A stretch of DNA of 64,000 bases, from NCBI GenBank assembly GCA_002390205.1, contig DGOV01000019.1, forward strand, positions 11,802 to 75,801, read 5' to 3'. Of the stretch, positions 39,509 to 51,703 are shown in pieces. The number at the start of each line of letters is the position of its first letter. Position 1 is the first letter of the stretch. Source of the stretch: Proteobacteria bacterium UBA4457. Lineage in GTDB: Bacteria > Pseudomonadota > Gammaproteobacteria > Ga0077536. Below the pieces are notes generated by a model that was not told where the DNA came from, did no database searches, and saw only the letters and a list, made by a program, of their open reading frames with translations. A program made the translations under genes and the position numbers.

Positions 39509-40122
39509 AAGAAAAAGAGCTCGTTATAGCGACGAGTAACCAAGGGAAAGTGGATGAGTTTAAAAAGCTTTTGTCATTATCTAAGATTGAAGTCAGAACT
39601 CAGGCTGAGTTCGGTTTAGAGACTCCTGCAGAGACGGGGCTGACTTTTGTGGAAAATAGCTTGTTGAAAGCCAGATACGTGTGTGAAAAAACAGGGATAC
39701 CAACATTAGCAGATGATTCGGGATTATGTGTGCCGTCTTTGGGCGGGGCACCGGGAATATTTTCCTCTCGTTATGCTGGTGAAGGTTCTTCGGATTCGGA
39801 AAATATAGAGAAACTTCTTTCTTCTCTGAGTGGCGCAGTCCGATCGGAGCGTGTGTGCTTTTTTATCTGCGTGTTAGTGCTGCTGAAATCAAAAAATGAT
39901 GAAACACCATATATAGTTAGCAAGACATGGAAAGGTGAAGTACTTGAGACTCCGAAAGGAGAAAACGGGTTTGGCTATGACCCACTCTTTTACGTTCCTG
40001 GCTACAAATGTTCTGCTGCTCAACTACCATCTGCGATTAAAAACCAGGTTAGTCATAGAGGCCAAGCGATGAAAAAATTCCTTGATGATCTGCAAGCAGG
40101 TCCTGATTGTGATCTGGTCTAA
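39505..40122 (+). CDS. rdgB: Non-canonical purine NTP pyrophosphatase (dITP/XTPase, Ham1 family)
   Basis: [11 protein letters not shown] motif. Start overlaps the rph stop (ATGA). Confidence 0.9.
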   Translation: MKEKELVIATSNQGKVDEFKKLLSLSKIEVRTQAEFGLETPAETGLTFVENSLLKARYVCEKTGIPTLADDSGLCVPSLGGAPGIFSSRYAGEGSSDSENIEKLLSSLSGAVRSERVCFFICVLVLLKSKNDETPYIVSKTWKGEVLETPKGENGFGYDPLFYVPGYKCSAAQLPSAIKNQVSHRGQAMKKFLDDLQAGPDCDLV

Positions 40123-40125
40123 GTT

Positions 40126-41256
40126 TTGAGCGGACTCTATGTTCATTTGCCTTGGTGCACTAAGAAATGCCCATATTGTGATTTTAACTCATATCAAGCC
40201 AAGGACACTATTGCCGAGAAAATGTACGTTAACGCATTGATGAGAGATTTAGATCGGGAGTGTTCTGTGCAATCGTTAGAGCCTGTTTCCAGTATTTTCG
40301 TAGGGGGCGGGACTCCTAGTTTATTCTCTGGAGATGCTATTAATTCTCTCCTAGATGGAATTAGTAATCGTTTAACGCTCTCAGATGACGTCGAGATCAC
40401 TTTGGAAGCAAACCCTGGTAGCTCTGACGCAAGTCGTTTCAAAGATTATAGAACAGCAGGTGTAAATCGTATTTCTATAGGTGTTCAAAGTTTCAGTAAT
40501 ACGTGCTTGACTGCTTTAGGTCGAGCTCATAGTGCTGTTGATTCTTGTGATGCTATAGATGCTGCAGTTAGTGCAGGCTTCGACAATATGAACATTGATC
40601 TTATGTTTGGCTTACCTTCGAAGGATAGCTCTCGGACTCTGAAAGATCTATCGCAGGCAATAGCATTTAATCCTCAACATATTTCATGGTATCAGCTGAC
40701 TATCGAAGAGAATACTGCCTTTGCGAAGAAGCCGCCTATGCTGCCGTCGCATGATGATATTTGTGACGAATATGAAGCTGGTCAAATTTTGCTTACTGAG
40801 GCAGGATTCTCCCAGTATGAAATTTCTGCTTATAGCAAGCAGGGTAGAGCATCCCGACATAACTTAAATTATTGGAACTTTGGTGATTATGTCGGAATCG
40901 GGGCCGGTGCACATGGGAAAAAAGCGAGCAGTGAAGGTGTAGTTCGCACAGAGAAAATAAAAAATCCAGATCGTTATATGCAATCAGCTTTATCAAATAA
41001 AAACATTCACATAGACCGGCTGGTCACTGAAGAACAATTGATCGGTGAGTACATGATCAATGTATTGAGGTTAAAGAATGGATTTTGTATCGATGCTTTG
41101 CTAGCCAATATTTCTAAATTGAACCTGCAGAAGCATTTTTTTAAATGTATTGATAGTGCATGTTCTAAGAACTTTCTAGAACGCGACGATCGATGGGTAA
41201 AGCCAACACCATTGGGGTATAGATTTTTGAATGATTTGCAGCTTATTTTTCTATAA
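40126..41256 (+). CDS. hemW: Radical SAM heme chaperone HemW (HemN-like)
   Basis: CPYCDF CxxxCxxC motif at the N-terminus; 3 nt after rdgB. Confidence 0.9.
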   Translation: MSGLYVHLPWCTKKCPYCDFNSYQAKDTIAEKMYVNALMRDLDRECSVQSLEPVSSIFVGGGTPSLFSGDAINSLLDGISNRLTLSDDVEITLEANPGSSDASRFKDYRTAGVNRISIGVQSFSNTCLTALGRAHSAVDSCDAIDAAVSAGFDNMNIDLMFGLPSKDSSRTLKDLSQAIAFNPQHISWYQLTIEENTAFAKKPPMLPSHDDICDEYEAGQILLTEAGFSQYEISAYSKQGRASRHNLNYWNFGDYVGIGAGAHGKKASSEGVVRTEKIKNPDRYMQSALSNKNIHIDRLVTEEQLIGEYMINVLRLKNGFCIDALLANISKLNLQKHFFKCIDSACSKNFLERDDRWVKPTPLGYRFLNDLQLIFL

Positions 41257-41902
41257 TGGTTCCGGTGCCTAAAGGCGTCCCATATTTCTCTGCCCATGCT
41301 ATTTCTGATAAAGGTCGCCTTAGAAGTTTCTTAGGGAATTTTTTAGAAGGCCAGCCCATGGTGATCATAGCGGCGGTTGATATGTCTTCAGGGATATTGA
41401 GTAGTTCTTTGATTTGGGGTTCAACATGACAAAGCAGGGTCGTCAAGGCAGTCCCAAGACCTATACTTCGTGCTCTCAGTAACACATTTTGAACGGCGGG
41501 GTAGATGGATGCACCTCCAACAACACTCAGTCTGTCCAAGTCTGTATCTGTTGCGTGACAGTCTGCCAGTTGTGCACAAACAACAATAAATACTGGAATT
41601 TCCGCTAAATGCCGAGCAAAATAGTCCGCCGAAGCGACTATTTTTTTATCTTTAGAGCCTAGTCGTACCATACCTTCATCGATTGCTTGAACATACGTTT
41701 CCCAGAACGGTAAGTAGAGCGCTTGCATCTGTTTTTTCATATCACTGTCTTTGATTACAACAAAGCTAACCGGCTGACGATTGCCTCCACTCGGACTGAA
41801 TCTAGCCGCCTCTAAGGTAACTGCTATGTCCTGATCACAGACTGGCTTTTTCTGGTAAAACCTACAAGTATTTGTACTCTCCATCACCTCTGATAAGTTC
41901 AT
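41243..41902 (-). CDS. Nitroreductase family protein
   Basis: Nitroreductase fold motifs (CRFY...AARFSPSGGNRQP). The 3' end overlaps the hemW 3' end by 14 nt, convergent. Confidence 0.75.
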   Translation of the reverse strand: MNLSEVMESTNTCRFYQKKPVCDQDIAVTLEAARFSPSGGNRQPVSFVVIKDSDMKKQMQALYLPFWETYVQAIDEGMVRLGSKDKKIVASADYFARHLAEIPVFIVVCAQLADCHATDTDLDRLSVVGGASIYPAVQNVLLRARSIGLGTALTTLLCHVEPQIKELLNIPEDISTAAMITMGWPSKKFPKKLLRRPLSEIAWAEKYGTPLGTGTIIEK

Positions 41903-41940
41903 TGAATTTCCTTTTTTCAGTCTATACGCTAAATACTATT

Positions 41941-43482
41941 TTATAAAAGATATATGACTGATAGTAGACCTGCTATTGACATAGTAAAAGTATAAGGGAG
42001 TGCCATCCAGACCATCTTCCCATAAGAAAGTTTAATAAGGGGCGCGATCGCAGAGGTCAATAGGAAAAGGAATGCGGCTTGACCATTTGGTGTCGCGACA
42101 CTCGGAATATTAGTTCCTGTATTGATGGCAATAGCGAGCAAGTCGAATTGTTCTCTCGTTATTTTTCCTGCATCAAAAGCGTCTTTAACCTCAGTTATGT
42201 AGACTGTCGCAACAAATACGTTATCACTTATCATGGATAGCAATCCATTAGCCAAATAGAAAGCAGAGGTCTGAGTTGTTCCTTCTAGTGTCAGTACCCA
42301 ACCTATGACAGGAGAGAACAAATGTTGATCGTGGATTACGGCTACGATGGCGAAGAAAACCACGAGTAACGAAGTAAAAGGCAGAGCTTCCTCAAAAGCA
42401 TGACCGATTTGATGTTCTTCGGTTACCCCGTTGAGAGCAGTTGCGATAACGATTACTGCCAGTCCGATAACGCCAACTTCTGCTAAGTGGAATCCCAGAG
42501 CGACACATAGGAAGACAGCAGCTCCTCCTTGAACCCAAAGTTTAGCGATGTCTTGTTGGGTACGTCTTTCGGTTTGATGGGAATCGTAGTCCTGTAGAAT
42601 CGATTTCACCTTCGCCGGTAAGGAGCCTCCAAAACCAAAAACTTTGGTCTTTTCAAGAAAAACACAAGTAAGAAGCCCTGTTACCAAAACGGGCATTGAT
42701 ACTGGGGCCATTCTCATAAAGAACTCGCCGAATTCCCACCCAGCAATTTTCGCTATTAATAGATTTTGAGGTTCTCCGACTAGTGTACAAACGCCCCCCA
42801 GAGCAGTACCTATCGCTGCATGCATCATTAAGCTACATAGAAATGCCCGAAAATCGTCCAGATCTTGTCTATACGAGTCCTTTATTTCCGTGTCGCCACT
42901 CACATCATGCTCATGATGGTATTCTTTTCCAGAGGCGACCTTGTGATACACCAGATAAAACCCCTGAGCTACAGTTATGATTACTGCAGTGACGGTGAGG
43001 GCATCTAGGAAAGCGGAAAGCACCGCAGCCACGAAACAGAAGAGAAATGAGAGTTTAGTTTTCGATTCTACTTTCAGTAGTATTTTTGTAAACCCGAACA
43101 ATAGAAGATCTTTCAGGAAGTAGATCCCAGCGACCATGAACATTAGGAGCATAATAACGGGAAAATTCTGGACGGTTTCATTGTAAACGCTTTCCGGAGA
43201 AGTCATCCCAAGCATGACGGCCTGAATCGCGAGTAATCCCCCTGGCTGGAGAGGGTAACACTTTAAGGCCATAGCTAAGCAGAATATAAATTCTAGGATG
43301 AGCAGCCAACCAGCTATAAATGGCCCTAATGTAAAAAGAACTAGTGGATTGAAAATCAAGAACCCTATTATTGTCTGCTTATACCAGTCTGGCGAGTTAC
43401 CTAGAAAGTTTTTGGCAAGTGCCGACGACATTGTTTGATGTATCATTAAAATAGATCCTTTTATGTTTTCCTTAGTTGTCAC
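41941..43482 (-). CDS. nhaB: Na+/H+ antiporter NhaB
   Basis: 513 aa, identical in length to E. coli NhaB. N-terminus ([24 protein letters not shown]) matches NhaB. Confidence 0.9.
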   Translation of the reverse strand: MTTKENIKGSILMIHQTMSSALAKNFLGNSPDWYKQTIIGFLIFNPLVLFTLGPFIAGWLLILEFIFCLAMALKCYPLQPGGLLAIQAVMLGMTSPESVYNETVQNFPVIMLLMFMVAGIYFLKDLLLFGFTKILLKVESKTKLSFLFCFVAAVLSAFLDALTVTAVIITVAQGFYLVYHKVASGKEYHHEHDVSGDTEIKDSYRQDLDDFRAFLCSLMMHAAIGTALGGVCTLVGEPQNLLIAKIAGWEFGEFFMRMAPVSMPVLVTGLLTCVFLEKTKVFGFGGSLPAKVKSILQDYDSHQTERRTQQDIAKLWVQGGAAVFLCVALGFHLAEVGVIGLAVIVIATALNGVTEEHQIGHAFEEALPFTSLLVVFFAIVAVIHDQHLFSPVIGWVLTLEGTTQTSAFYLANGLLSMISDNVFVATVYITEVKDAFDAGKITREQFDLLAIAINTGTNIPSVATPNGQAAFLFLLTSAIAPLIKLSYGKMVWMALPYTFTMSIAGLLSVIYLL

Positions 43483-43574
43483 CAGAGCTTAATCATTGTC
43501 AGTGCGCCTACAGCGCCTCGAGATTTCTGAATCTCTCGCCAGTTTTTTTCCCTTTTAGGGCGTCCTCATCGAGT

Positions 43575-46238
43575 TTAGGCTGCTAGCTCCCGCAAAACAA
43601 ACTGCAAGATGCCACCATGTTGGTAGTATTGCCACTCTTTGGGAGTGTCAATTCTTACGTCACACGGGAATCGAGTTACCGTCCCGTCGTTTGCTTCCGC
43701 GACGATTATCACTTCTTTAACGCCCTGTGAAAAACCTTCTACCGTATAAGTTTCTAGTCCTGTCAATCCTAAAGATTCACTATTTTGCCCATTCTTAAAG
43801 TTTAGTGGAAGCACTCCCATTCCTACTAGGTTAGAGCGATGAATTCTTTCGAAACTTTCGGTAATTACCGCACTCACACCCAGTAAGGAAGTCCCTTTAG
43901 CAGCCCAATCTCGTGACGACCCAGTACCATATTCTTTTCCGCCCAGAACGATCAGCGGGGTGTTTTCCTTTTGATATTGCATCGCAGCATCATAAACTGA
44001 CATTTCGGTGTTGCTAGGTTGGTGTCTTGTCCAGCCGCCCTCAGTTCCCGGGGCCAGTTGATTTCGCAGTCTAATGTTGGCGAACGTTCCTCGCATCATG
44101 ACTTCATGGTTTCCACGACGGGATCCATAAGAATTAAAATCTTTCGAAGTTACTCCGTTGTCAATTAGGTATTTTCCTGCCGGGCTATCGGCTTTTATGT
44201 TCCCAGCAGGCGATATATGGTCGGTTGTTATTGAATCTCCGAGCTTTAGTAAAACCCGAGCACCCTCTATTTGTTTTAATTCTTTTGGTTCTTTTGGCAT
44301 ATCTTTAAAATAAGGAGGGTTTTTGACATAAGTGGAGGTATCGTCCCACGCATACAGGCTAGATTCACTAACATCAATGCCCGCCCATCGCGCGTCTCCT
44401 GAGAATACGTTAGCGTAACTATCTTTAAACATTTCGGAGTCGATCGTCGAAGTAACAGCTTGCTGGATCTCGGCAGAGCTAGGCCATATGTCTTTTAAAT
44501 AGACAGGGTTTCCCTCTGGTGTTTCGCCTAGAGGAGCAGTCATGATGTCGATATCCATCTTTCCTGCTATGGCATAGGCAACAACTAAAGGGGGGGATGC
44601 TAAGAAATTCATTTTCACTTCAGCGTGCACACGTCCCTCAAAATTCCGGTTTCCTGAAAGCACCGAACACGCGATTACATCGCCATCCTTGATTGCGGTG
44701 CTGACTGGTTCAGGAATGGGACCTGAATTACCAATACAGGTTGTACAACCATAGCCCACAGTATGAAACCCCAAAGCATTCAAGTGCTCTGTGAGGCCAG
44801 CTTTATTAAGATAGTCAGTTACAACTAGAGAGCCGGGCCCTAAGCTTGTTTTAACCCAGGGTTGTACTTTTAGTCCTAGTTCATTGGCTTTTTTAGCAAG
44901 TAATCCTGCCCCAACCATAACTGAAGGATTTGACGTATTTGTACATGACGTGATGGCTGCAATAACCACAGCACCATCTTTTATTTCAGCTTTCGATCCA
45001 TTTATGTCAGTAGTCGAAGATCCGCCTGAGGTTCTATCTTTAGTCGCTTCAATCAAAGCTCTTTGGAAGACAGTATGAGCTGAGTCGAGGTCAATTCTAT
45101 CTTGTGGTCTTTTAGGGCCCGCTAAGCTTGGCTTAATCGAATTCATATCCAGTGTAAGTGAATCAGAGTACGTAGCTTCTGGACTCGAGGCATCGCGCCA
45201 CATACCTGTCTCTTTTGCATAAGCTTCCACTAAAGCTACTTGGTCTGAACTTCGCCCCGAGAGTTTGAGGTAAGCTATGGTTTCGATATCGATGGGGAAT
45301 AGCCCGCAGGTAGCGCCGTATTCAGGGGCCATATTTGCTAATGTTGCGCGATCAGCTAAAGGTAAATTATTTAGCCCTGAGCCATAAAATTCTACAAATT
45401 TCCCAACCACTCCTTTCTGTCTGAGCATTTCAACGACCTTTAGCACCAGGTCAGTCGCAGTAGCGCCTTCTGGAAGATTTCCTTCTAGTTTGAAGCCCAC
45501 TACCTGTGGGATCAGCATGGTTATCGGTTGTCCGAGCATTGCTGCCTCAGCCTCAATGCCTCCAACACCCCATCCGAGAACACCCAAACCGTTGATCATT
45601 GTCGTGTGTGAGTCGGTACCTACAACGGTATCCGGATATGCTTGAAGTACTCCATTTACAGTATTTTCAAATACCGTTCTCGCTAAAAACTCAAGGTTGA
45701 CTTGGTGAACGATGCCAGTATCAGGCGGGACTACTGAGAAGTTAGAGAATGCATTTTGCCCCCAGCGAAGGAAACCATACCGTTCTTTATTCCTATCGAA
45801 CTCAATTTTAGCATTTTTTTCCGCTGCGCTTTGTGCGCCGAAGTGATCAACTTGAACAGAGTGGTCAATGACAAGTTCTGCTGGTGACAGAGGGTTAATT
45901 TTCTTAGGATCCCCTCCCATGGCTATCATGGCATCTCGCATGGCAGCTAAGTCGACCACACAAGGTACTCCGGTAAAATCTTGCATTAGAACTCTAGCCG
46001 GTGTGAAAGCAATCTCTTGACTCGGCTCTGCAGTTGGATTCCAATTAGCGACAGCCTCAATATCACTTCTGGTGACATTGACTCCATCCTCGAAACGTAA
46101 AAGGTTTTCTAAGAGAATTTTGTGTGCAAATGGCAATTTGTCTATGGGATACTGATCGGCGAGGCGCTTGCAGCTGAAAATTTGGTAGGTTTTTTCGCCT
46201 ACTGAAAGTTCTTTACTGGCATTAAATGAGTTTTTCAT
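43575..46238 (-). CDS. acnA: Aconitate hydratase A
   Basis: 887 aa. N-terminal region ([12 protein letters not shown]...[11 protein letters not shown]) and Fe-S ligand cysteines match AcnA. Confidence 0.9.
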   Translation of the reverse strand: MKNSFNASKELSVGEKTYQIFSCKRLADQYPIDKLPFAHKILLENLLRFEDGVNVTRSDIEAVANWNPTAEPSQEIAFTPARVLMQDFTGVPCVVDLAAMRDAMIAMGGDPKKINPLSPAELVIDHSVQVDHFGAQSAAEKNAKIEFDRNKERYGFLRWGQNAFSNFSVVPPDTGIVHQVNLEFLARTVFENTVNGVLQAYPDTVVGTDSHTTMINGLGVLGWGVGGIEAEAAMLGQPITMLIPQVVGFKLEGNLPEGATATDLVLKVVEMLRQKGVVGKFVEFYGSGLNNLPLADRATLANMAPEYGATCGLFPIDIETIAYLKLSGRSSDQVALVEAYAKETGMWRDASSPEATYSDSLTLDMNSIKPSLAGPKRPQDRIDLDSAHTVFQRALIEATKDRTSGGSSTTDINGSKAEIKDGAVVIAAITSCTNTSNPSVMVGAGLLAKKANELGLKVQPWVKTSLGPGSLVVTDYLNKAGLTEHLNALGFHTVGYGCTTCIGNSGPIPEPVSTAIKDGDVIACSVLSGNRNFEGRVHAEVKMNFLASPPLVVAYAIAGKMDIDIMTAPLGETPEGNPVYLKDIWPSSAEIQQAVTSTIDSEMFKDSYANVFSGDARWAGIDVSESSLYAWDDTSTYVKNPPYFKDMPKEPKELKQIEGARVLLKLGDSITTDHISPAGNIKADSPAGKYLIDNGVTSKDFNSYGSRRGNHEVMMRGTFANIRLRNQLAPGTEGGWTRHQPSNTEMSVYDAAMQYQKENTPLIVLGGKEYGTGSSRDWAAKGTSLLGVSAVITESFERIHRSNLVGMGVLPLNFKNGQNSESLGLTGLETYTVEGFSQGVKEVIIVAEANDGTVTRFPCDVRIDTPKEWQYYQHGGILQFVLRELAA

Positions 46239-46328
46239 TGTCTTCCCTATTAGCTGATATTATAAATTGCGTAGATCTACAAAAGCATTATCTTCAAAAA
46301 CGAGGCTGATGTGTAGTGCGACGGCTGA

Positions 46329-47453
46329 TTATTCAGAGATTTCTATTATTCCTCCACCTAAGCAGACGTCCTTTTCGTAAAAAACTATTGACTGTCCTGG
46401 AGCGATTGAGCGTTGCTTCTGGTCGAAAGACACCTCATATCCGTGACCATCTCTCTTTGAGACAAGACATTTTTGATCGGGTTGTCGATATCGGATTTTT
46501 GCTGATAGAGATTTAGGATATTCGCCATTGTCTTGATTCACCCATGATATCTCAGATAGCGTCAGCCTGTCTCCAAGCAAGACTGGATTAGATGTGCCTT
46601 GAGCGACAGTAAGTTCGTTCTTTGCAAGGTTTTTTTCTACCACAAACCACGGCTCGTCTGTTGCATTTTTAACACCTCCAATACCTAGACCTTTACGCTG
46701 TCCTAGGGTATACAGCGCAGCTCCCTGATGTAGACCTATTCTATTCCCGGCAGTATCGATTATGTGTCCTTCTTCTGAGGGAATATATTTTGAAAGGAAT
46801 TGTCTGAAGTCCCTTTCTCCGATAAAACAGATTCCCGTGCTGTCTTTTTTGTCATGTACCGTTATACCAGCTTTTTTTGCAAGCTCTCTGACTTGTTCTT
46901 TCCTGAGGTGACCGACCGGGAAGAGTGCTTTTTTCAGTTGTTTTTGATCCAACGTGTGGAGAAAATAGCTTTGATCTTTTTGAGGGTCATTCCCTCTTAG
47001 GAGTAATTTTTTTTGACCATTAAATATACTTTGCACGTAGTGACCTGTTGCGATGAAGTCACCTCCCAGTCGAAAGGCTTCATCCGCAAAGGCCTTAAAC
47101 TTAATTTCGCGATTACACAAAACGTCTGGGTTAGGCGTTCGCCCTAATTTATAGCCGTCCACTAAGTCTTTGAATACTAAATCCCAATAGTCTTTTGACA
47201 AATCGACAGTATTGAGAGGGATTTCTAGCATATCGCAGACCTGGAGTGCATCTGCAACATCCTCCTCCCATTGACACGTTCCTTGGTCTTCCATCTCATC
47301 CCAATTTTTCATAAAAAGAGCCGAGCAGTTGAAACCAGCTTCCTTAAGTATCAACGCCGCTACCGAAGAGTCGACCCCACCCGACATAGCAACAACCACA
47401 TGTATTTGATCGGGCGAGCGAGAATCTGACGGAGCTAACCAAGACTTATACAT
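46329..47453 (-). CDS. mnmA: tRNA-specific 2-thiouridylase MnmA
   Basis: PP-loop VVAMSGGVDSSV; 374 aa. Confidence 0.9.
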   Translation of the reverse strand: MYKSWLAPSDSRSPDQIHVVVAMSGGVDSSVAALILKEAGFNCSALFMKNWDEMEDQGTCQWEEDVADALQVCDMLEIPLNTVDLSKDYWDLVFKDLVDGYKLGRTPNPDVLCNREIKFKAFADEAFRLGGDFIATGHYVQSIFNGQKKLLLRGNDPQKDQSYFLHTLDQKQLKKALFPVGHLRKEQVRELAKKAGITVHDKKDSTGICFIGERDFRQFLSKYIPSEEGHIIDTAGNRIGLHQGAALYTLGQRKGLGIGGVKNATDEPWFVVEKNLAKNELTVAQGTSNPVLLGDRLTLSEISWVNQDNGEYPKSLSAKIRYRQPDQKCLVSKRDGHGYEVSFDQKQRSIAPGQSIVFYEKDVCLGGGIIEISE

Positions 47454-47907
47454 AATAATGACCGGTGTGAAGCAGTGTTAGGGAGTGTTTGTTACCCTTT
47501 TCATAATCCTGAATAGCCTTTAATACCAAGCTACTTCGAGGTTTTTTCTGCTGTTGCGTGAGATTCTTCTTACTCATCCAATGGGTCCTAATGATGTCAT
47601 CATCTAACTTGCGGCTTTCGTCATAGCTTAGAATGTTTCCTTTGAAGCAAAACCTTAAAAAAGTGTTATGGAAATCCTCGGAACACATTAAGTAGATGCC
47701 TATAAGGTAATCAATGGACACGACTCGCCCCGTTTCTTCCAAAGTCTCTCTTATTGCTGCGTCTTTTAGAGACTCTCCTGACTCTAAGTGTCCAGCGGGC
47801 TGATTGAGAACGCTTTTTGCATCTACTGACTCTTCTACTAACAAATACTTATTGTTTTCTTCCAGAACGGTAGCGACTACGACGTGTGGCTTCCAGATCG
47901 TTGACAT
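47446..47907 (-). CDS. nudJ: NUDIX hydrolase NudJ
   Basis: Nudix box (GHLESGESLKDAAIRETLEETG); 153 aa, the same length as E. coli NudJ. Immediately upstream of mnmA, overlapping it, as in E. coli. Confidence 0.8.
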   Translation of the reverse strand: MSTIWKPHVVVATVLEENNKYLLVEESVDAKSVLNQPAGHLESGESLKDAAIRETLEETGRVVSIDYLIGIYLMCSEDFHNTFLRFCFKGNILSYDESRKLDDDIIRTHWMSKKNLTQQQKKPRSSLVLKAIQDYEKGNKHSLTLLHTGHYYV

Positions 47908-47917
47908 AATTTAAGTC

Positions 47918-50900
47918 TTACTTACTCTTTTTTATTTTTTTGATGATAGGTACGTCCCACGTTCCAGTTATCGAATAGTCTTGAGTCAGAAATTTATCAA
48001 TTTGTTTAGGGATAGATTTGAACATTTTCCCCCCTATATAATATACCGCTCCTGCCCCTATTCCGACTGGTCCAAATAAAGCGCTTGCCACAGGGATACT
48101 GCCAGAAAGTGCTGGAGTGACCGTTGCGATTTGATCATAGTCATGACTGGCTAAGCCAGTTTTCCCTCTAATAGTAATTTTAGCGGAGGGACCCTCGGTT
48201 ACTAGGTTGTCAGTGTGCGCGTAGCCTTTTATGATTTGGAAGTCTCCAGAAATAGAATCAAAAGCGAATCCTTTTTTGAAGAGGTCTTTAAAATCTAGGG
48301 ACAGTCGTCTTGGCAAAGATTGTAGACTTAAAAGACCAAAAATCCGACCACTTCCTGGGTCAACATTCTTAAAGCGCCCGTCAGTTAACGCCACTTGCAT
48401 GCTGCCGTTAAGATTTTTAATTTTAAGAGAAGATGGAGGGCCGGCCCAATTTACTTTCGCGCTGAATCCGATCTCTCCTCCTTTGATGTTTTTCCCTTGG
48501 TAGCCGAACTGTCGTAAAAATTTAGAAGCTGATTTCCCATTGGCCGTAATTTCAAAAGCACTGGTTTGGGAGCCTTTTTTAGTTGTCCATCGCCCGCTAG
48601 CGTCAACCAAAGCATCTTCTGTCTCAGAAGTTAGGGTATTAAATACCAATTCATTCTCGTTCTTCGATGCGGCAACCTTTGTTTTCCCTAGCTCAATGCC
48701 GTGATACATAAAATCATTAATGTCTATCGCAAGAGAAGGGAAGTCATTAGGTTCTAAATCGGAGCTTGCTTGCGGAACAGCTTCTGTTAACGACGTCTTT
48801 TTAATTAGACGCAGGTGCTGAAGTTTAATGTCGAGTACGTTGGAGTTTCTGAGAGAAGGCAGAATTATATTGCCAGAGGCATCTATTCCTTCTACCTTGA
48901 TATTCCAGCCTTCTTTGATTTGCAGACCTTTAATCCGCATATCACTAAAATCGTGTCTGAAAAGATTGGCAGCTCTAGTTCGTATGTCAAAAAGCAGGGG
49001 GATTTTTTCAGTATCTTCATTGGTGGAAATATCCCCTTTGAAAAATTTTATCCATGCATCGATTTCTATGTGATGAAAGGATCCACGAAATAGAATGCCC
49101 TTATGCAGTGTGGTGTGTTTTGCAGTTTCGAAGGTCGGCACATCACCGTTTTCAAAGAAGTCGATGAAGCCAACTTTCAATTTTCCGTCTTCTATTTTAA
49201 GGTCAACTGAAAATTCTTTTTCGTTTGGTGCTGATTTTTTCATCGGCATAGGCAATGTTGATTTCACACCTACTAAATTAGAGCTAAATTTAAACTGGCC
49301 ATTAAACTTCTCCTTATTATTGTCATGGGCCTTTTTAGGCATTGTTATAGTCGTATCCCAGTCTAAATTTCCTTTAATGTATGAGGTGAAATTTTTCTCA
49401 GTAAGCCATTTGGCGAAGCCTGGACTATGTTTTTCAAGCCTGAATATTAGTTTTTCGATTGTCGAATTGCCTTGGATATACACTTCAGCAGCATATAGCT
49501 CAGTATTCTTTCCACTTTTAGCATTAAGGTGTATTTCTGTAGCATCTAAAATAGCAGTTAGCTTATTCGTCCACCATTGAGTGTTTTTGAGGAATAAGCT
49601 TCCCGAAACCTCTGCTAATTTAATATCTGTACGAGCTAAACTTAACGTATTTTTATCAAAAGTAGCTCTGCCAGAGATATCTTTTTCCCCTCCACTAAAA
49701 AGAGGGACAGTCATATCTAAGTGCAGCGTAATATCGTCCTCTAATATGAATTGCGTAATTTGCTTCGCCTTAGTCTTTATTAATGGACTTGCTAGGACTA
49801 GCTCGGATGGAAAGGTACCGGGAGCCGTCGCTCTACCACTGATGCTTACGAACTTTTCTTTATTAAAGAGCTGCTTGGAGTTAACGTTGGCGTTTGATAT
49901 TGAGGCTTCACCGATAGTCCCTTCATTAATGAGAAAATAAAGGTTGTCTTCCCGCAGAGCTATGTGCCCATTCACTTCGCGTGCTAAGGGCCAGAGTCGG
50001 GCATATTCCAACGTCGATTTACTAACTTTGAAATCAGCGACGAGCGTGCCTTCAGAGTTTCTAAATGGAAAATTTTGCGTTGGCCCTCGAAAAGCAATCA
50101 TCCCTTCGGTCAACTGTCCTTTATGGAACAAGTTCCGCATCCAGGTTTCACCTTTGCGAGAGAGTATGTTCACAGGCAATAGGCTGCTAAGGCTTTGAGT
50201 ATCAATCTTAGGCAAGGAGACTCCAACGTCGAGATAAGCCTCATTGGAGAGTAAGTTCTTGTACCGACCGGACATATGAAAGGCTGAGTTGTTTAATTTT
50301 CCGGAAATACTAGGTACTGAAATACTCCAGTTACCTTTTCCGTTTTTCTCCCAATTGAGGGAGCCTTCAATGCTGTTGAATTCTAAAGGGCTATCAAGAT
50401 TATGATGTTCGTCGAGATAGAAATCCGTCTTCAATAGTATTAGTTCCCCTTCAATCTGGCTTATTTTCGCAACTCCTGAAAAGCCGTTTAAAGCCGGATA
50501 TTTATCAGTTCTTCTAGTGGATAAATTTTTTACACCGAGGCTTATAGCAAAGTCGGAGTCCGTGCCATCAGGATAATAATGACCTATTATGTTTTCCATT
50601 GAACCTCGCGGACTGACCGTTTCCAGCAGTTTTTGGGCTTCAAGAGGCACGGCGGCTGAGAGACGAGCCAAGTACATCGCTATCGCAATATCAAACTGCT
50701 TAGCTGAAAACTTGATTTCTTTATCAAGTAGGGGATCTTGCTTCCACACTAAATTGATTGCGTTTTGCATTTTCAGCGAAGAGATATGTGGCACCGATAA
50801 ATGTCTTATATCGAGCTTCCAAGTCGATCCTGTGGAGCTAACCGCGCCTTCAATAGCGATAGGATTTTCTGACTTGATGGCAGAAGACGGTCCTCGAAAA

Positions 50901-51703
50901 GCAAAGTCAAAAGTTTTCAAAGTTGAATCTTCCCAGACACCTTTCCCACTGAAGTCTGCTATCGGCACTTCATCAAGATCCAATGGCTGATTTAATATCG
51001 TAAGTACGTTCCTTAAATTTAGATTTTCAGCTTTGACCAACATATCGATGTTTTCTACACCCTTCGCTATCGTAGAGTCAGATTCCATAGAGAATTCGAA
51101 ATGTTGTCCTAATTCTTTTGGTAACTGGGCGGAGCCGAATATTTCATGGCCTTTATTATGAGCGCTGATTGCTGTGAGATTGGTAAGTAGGATATTTTGT
51201 TGAGTCATCTTATCTTCAAATTGAAGAGTCACGTCAATCAGGCTGAATACTTTTTGCGAAAGCAACCAGGTGAAAATTGGAAATTTAGGAGGAGGCATTC
51301 CCCTCACTGATATTTTACCTACTTCATCTCGAATTAAACTGATGTTGAGTTTTTCAAAGGTTATTTTTTCAGCAGTAAGCTCGCGGTTAATTAAACTTTG
51401 AATAGGTGATACTTCAATTCTTACTATGGGAAAGTGAATCAGCGTAGTACCGTTCGGCTTGTCCAAGATATTCAGTTTTTGCGCTGTTAACGTAGGCGCC
51501 CATCCCGTCCAACTGTATCGGACATTTTGGATTGAGGCAGGTCTGCCAGAGAAAGCAGTTAGATGGTCGGAGAAGAAATCGGTGTCGAGTTTGCTGAGGG
51601 GGAGTAAAATTCGAGCAGTAACAGCCGCGAACCCGACCACTATAATGAAATATGCTAACGCCTTAGGAGTCTTTGCACCAATAGTTTCTATGATTTTGAA
51701 CAT
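47918..51703 (-). CDS. yhdP: YhdP family (AsmA-like) envelope protein
   Basis: 1261 aa, N-terminal TM anchor, AsmA-like repeats; the length matches E. coli YhdP. Confidence 0.8.
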   Translation of the reverse strand: MFKIIETIGAKTPKALAYFIIVVGFAAVTARILLPLSKLDTDFFSDHLTAFSGRPASIQNVRYSWTGWAPTLTAQKLNILDKPNGTTLIHFPIVRIEVSPIQSLINRELTAEKITFEKLNISLIRDEVGKISVRGMPPPKFPIFTWLLSQKVFSLIDVTLQFEDKMTQQNILLTNLTAISAHNKGHEIFGSAQLPKELGQHFEFSMESDSTIAKGVENIDMLVKAENLNLRNVLTILNQPLDLDEVPIADFSGKGVWEDSTLKTFDFAFRGPSSAIKSENPIAIEGAVSSTGSTWKLDIRHLSVPHISSLKMQNAINLVWKQDPLLDKEIKFSAKQFDIAIAMYLARLSAAVPLEAQKLLETVSPRGSMENIIGHYYPDGTDSDFAISLGVKNLSTRRTDKYPALNGFSGVAKISQIEGELILLKTDFYLDEHHNLDSPLEFNSIEGSLNWEKNGKGNWSISVPSISGKLNNSAFHMSGRYKNLLSNEAYLDVGVSLPKIDTQSLSSLLPVNILSRKGETWMRNLFHKGQLTEGMIAFRGPTQNFPFRNSEGTLVADFKVSKSTLEYARLWPLAREVNGHIALREDNLYFLINEGTIGEASISNANVNSKQLFNKEKFVSISGRATAPGTFPSELVLASPLIKTKAKQITQFILEDDITLHLDMTVPLFSGGEKDISGRATFDKNTLSLARTDIKLAEVSGSLFLKNTQWWTNKLTAILDATEIHLNAKSGKNTELYAAEVYIQGNSTIEKLIFRLEKHSPGFAKWLTEKNFTSYIKGNLDWDTTITMPKKAHDNNKEKFNGQFKFSSNLVGVKSTLPMPMKKSAPNEKEFSVDLKIEDGKLKVGFIDFFENGDVPTFETAKHTTLHKGILFRGSFHHIEIDAWIKFFKGDISTNEDTEKIPLLFDIRTRAANLFRHDFSDMRIKGLQIKEGWNIKVEGIDASGNIILPSLRNSNVLDIKLQHLRLIKKTSLTEAVPQASSDLEPNDFPSLAIDINDFMYHGIELGKTKVAASKNENELVFNTLTSETEDALVDASGRWTTKKGSQTSAFEITANGKSASKFLRQFGYQGKNIKGGEIGFSAKVNWAGPPSSLKIKNLNGSMQVALTDGRFKNVDPGSGRIFGLLSLQSLPRRLSLDFKDLFKKGFAFDSISGDFQIIKGYAHTDNLVTEGPSAKITIRGKTGLASHDYDQIATVTPALSGSIPVASALFGPVGIGAGAVYYIGGKMFKSIPKQIDKFLTQDYSITGTWDVPIIKKIKKSK

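Noticed and set aside
43483-43574. Possible terminator between acnA and nhaB (GAGAT..ATCTC followed by a T-run on the plus strand)
   Set aside because: The hairpin is on the wrong strand for the minus-strand genes and has a weak 5-bp stem. Probably not functional.
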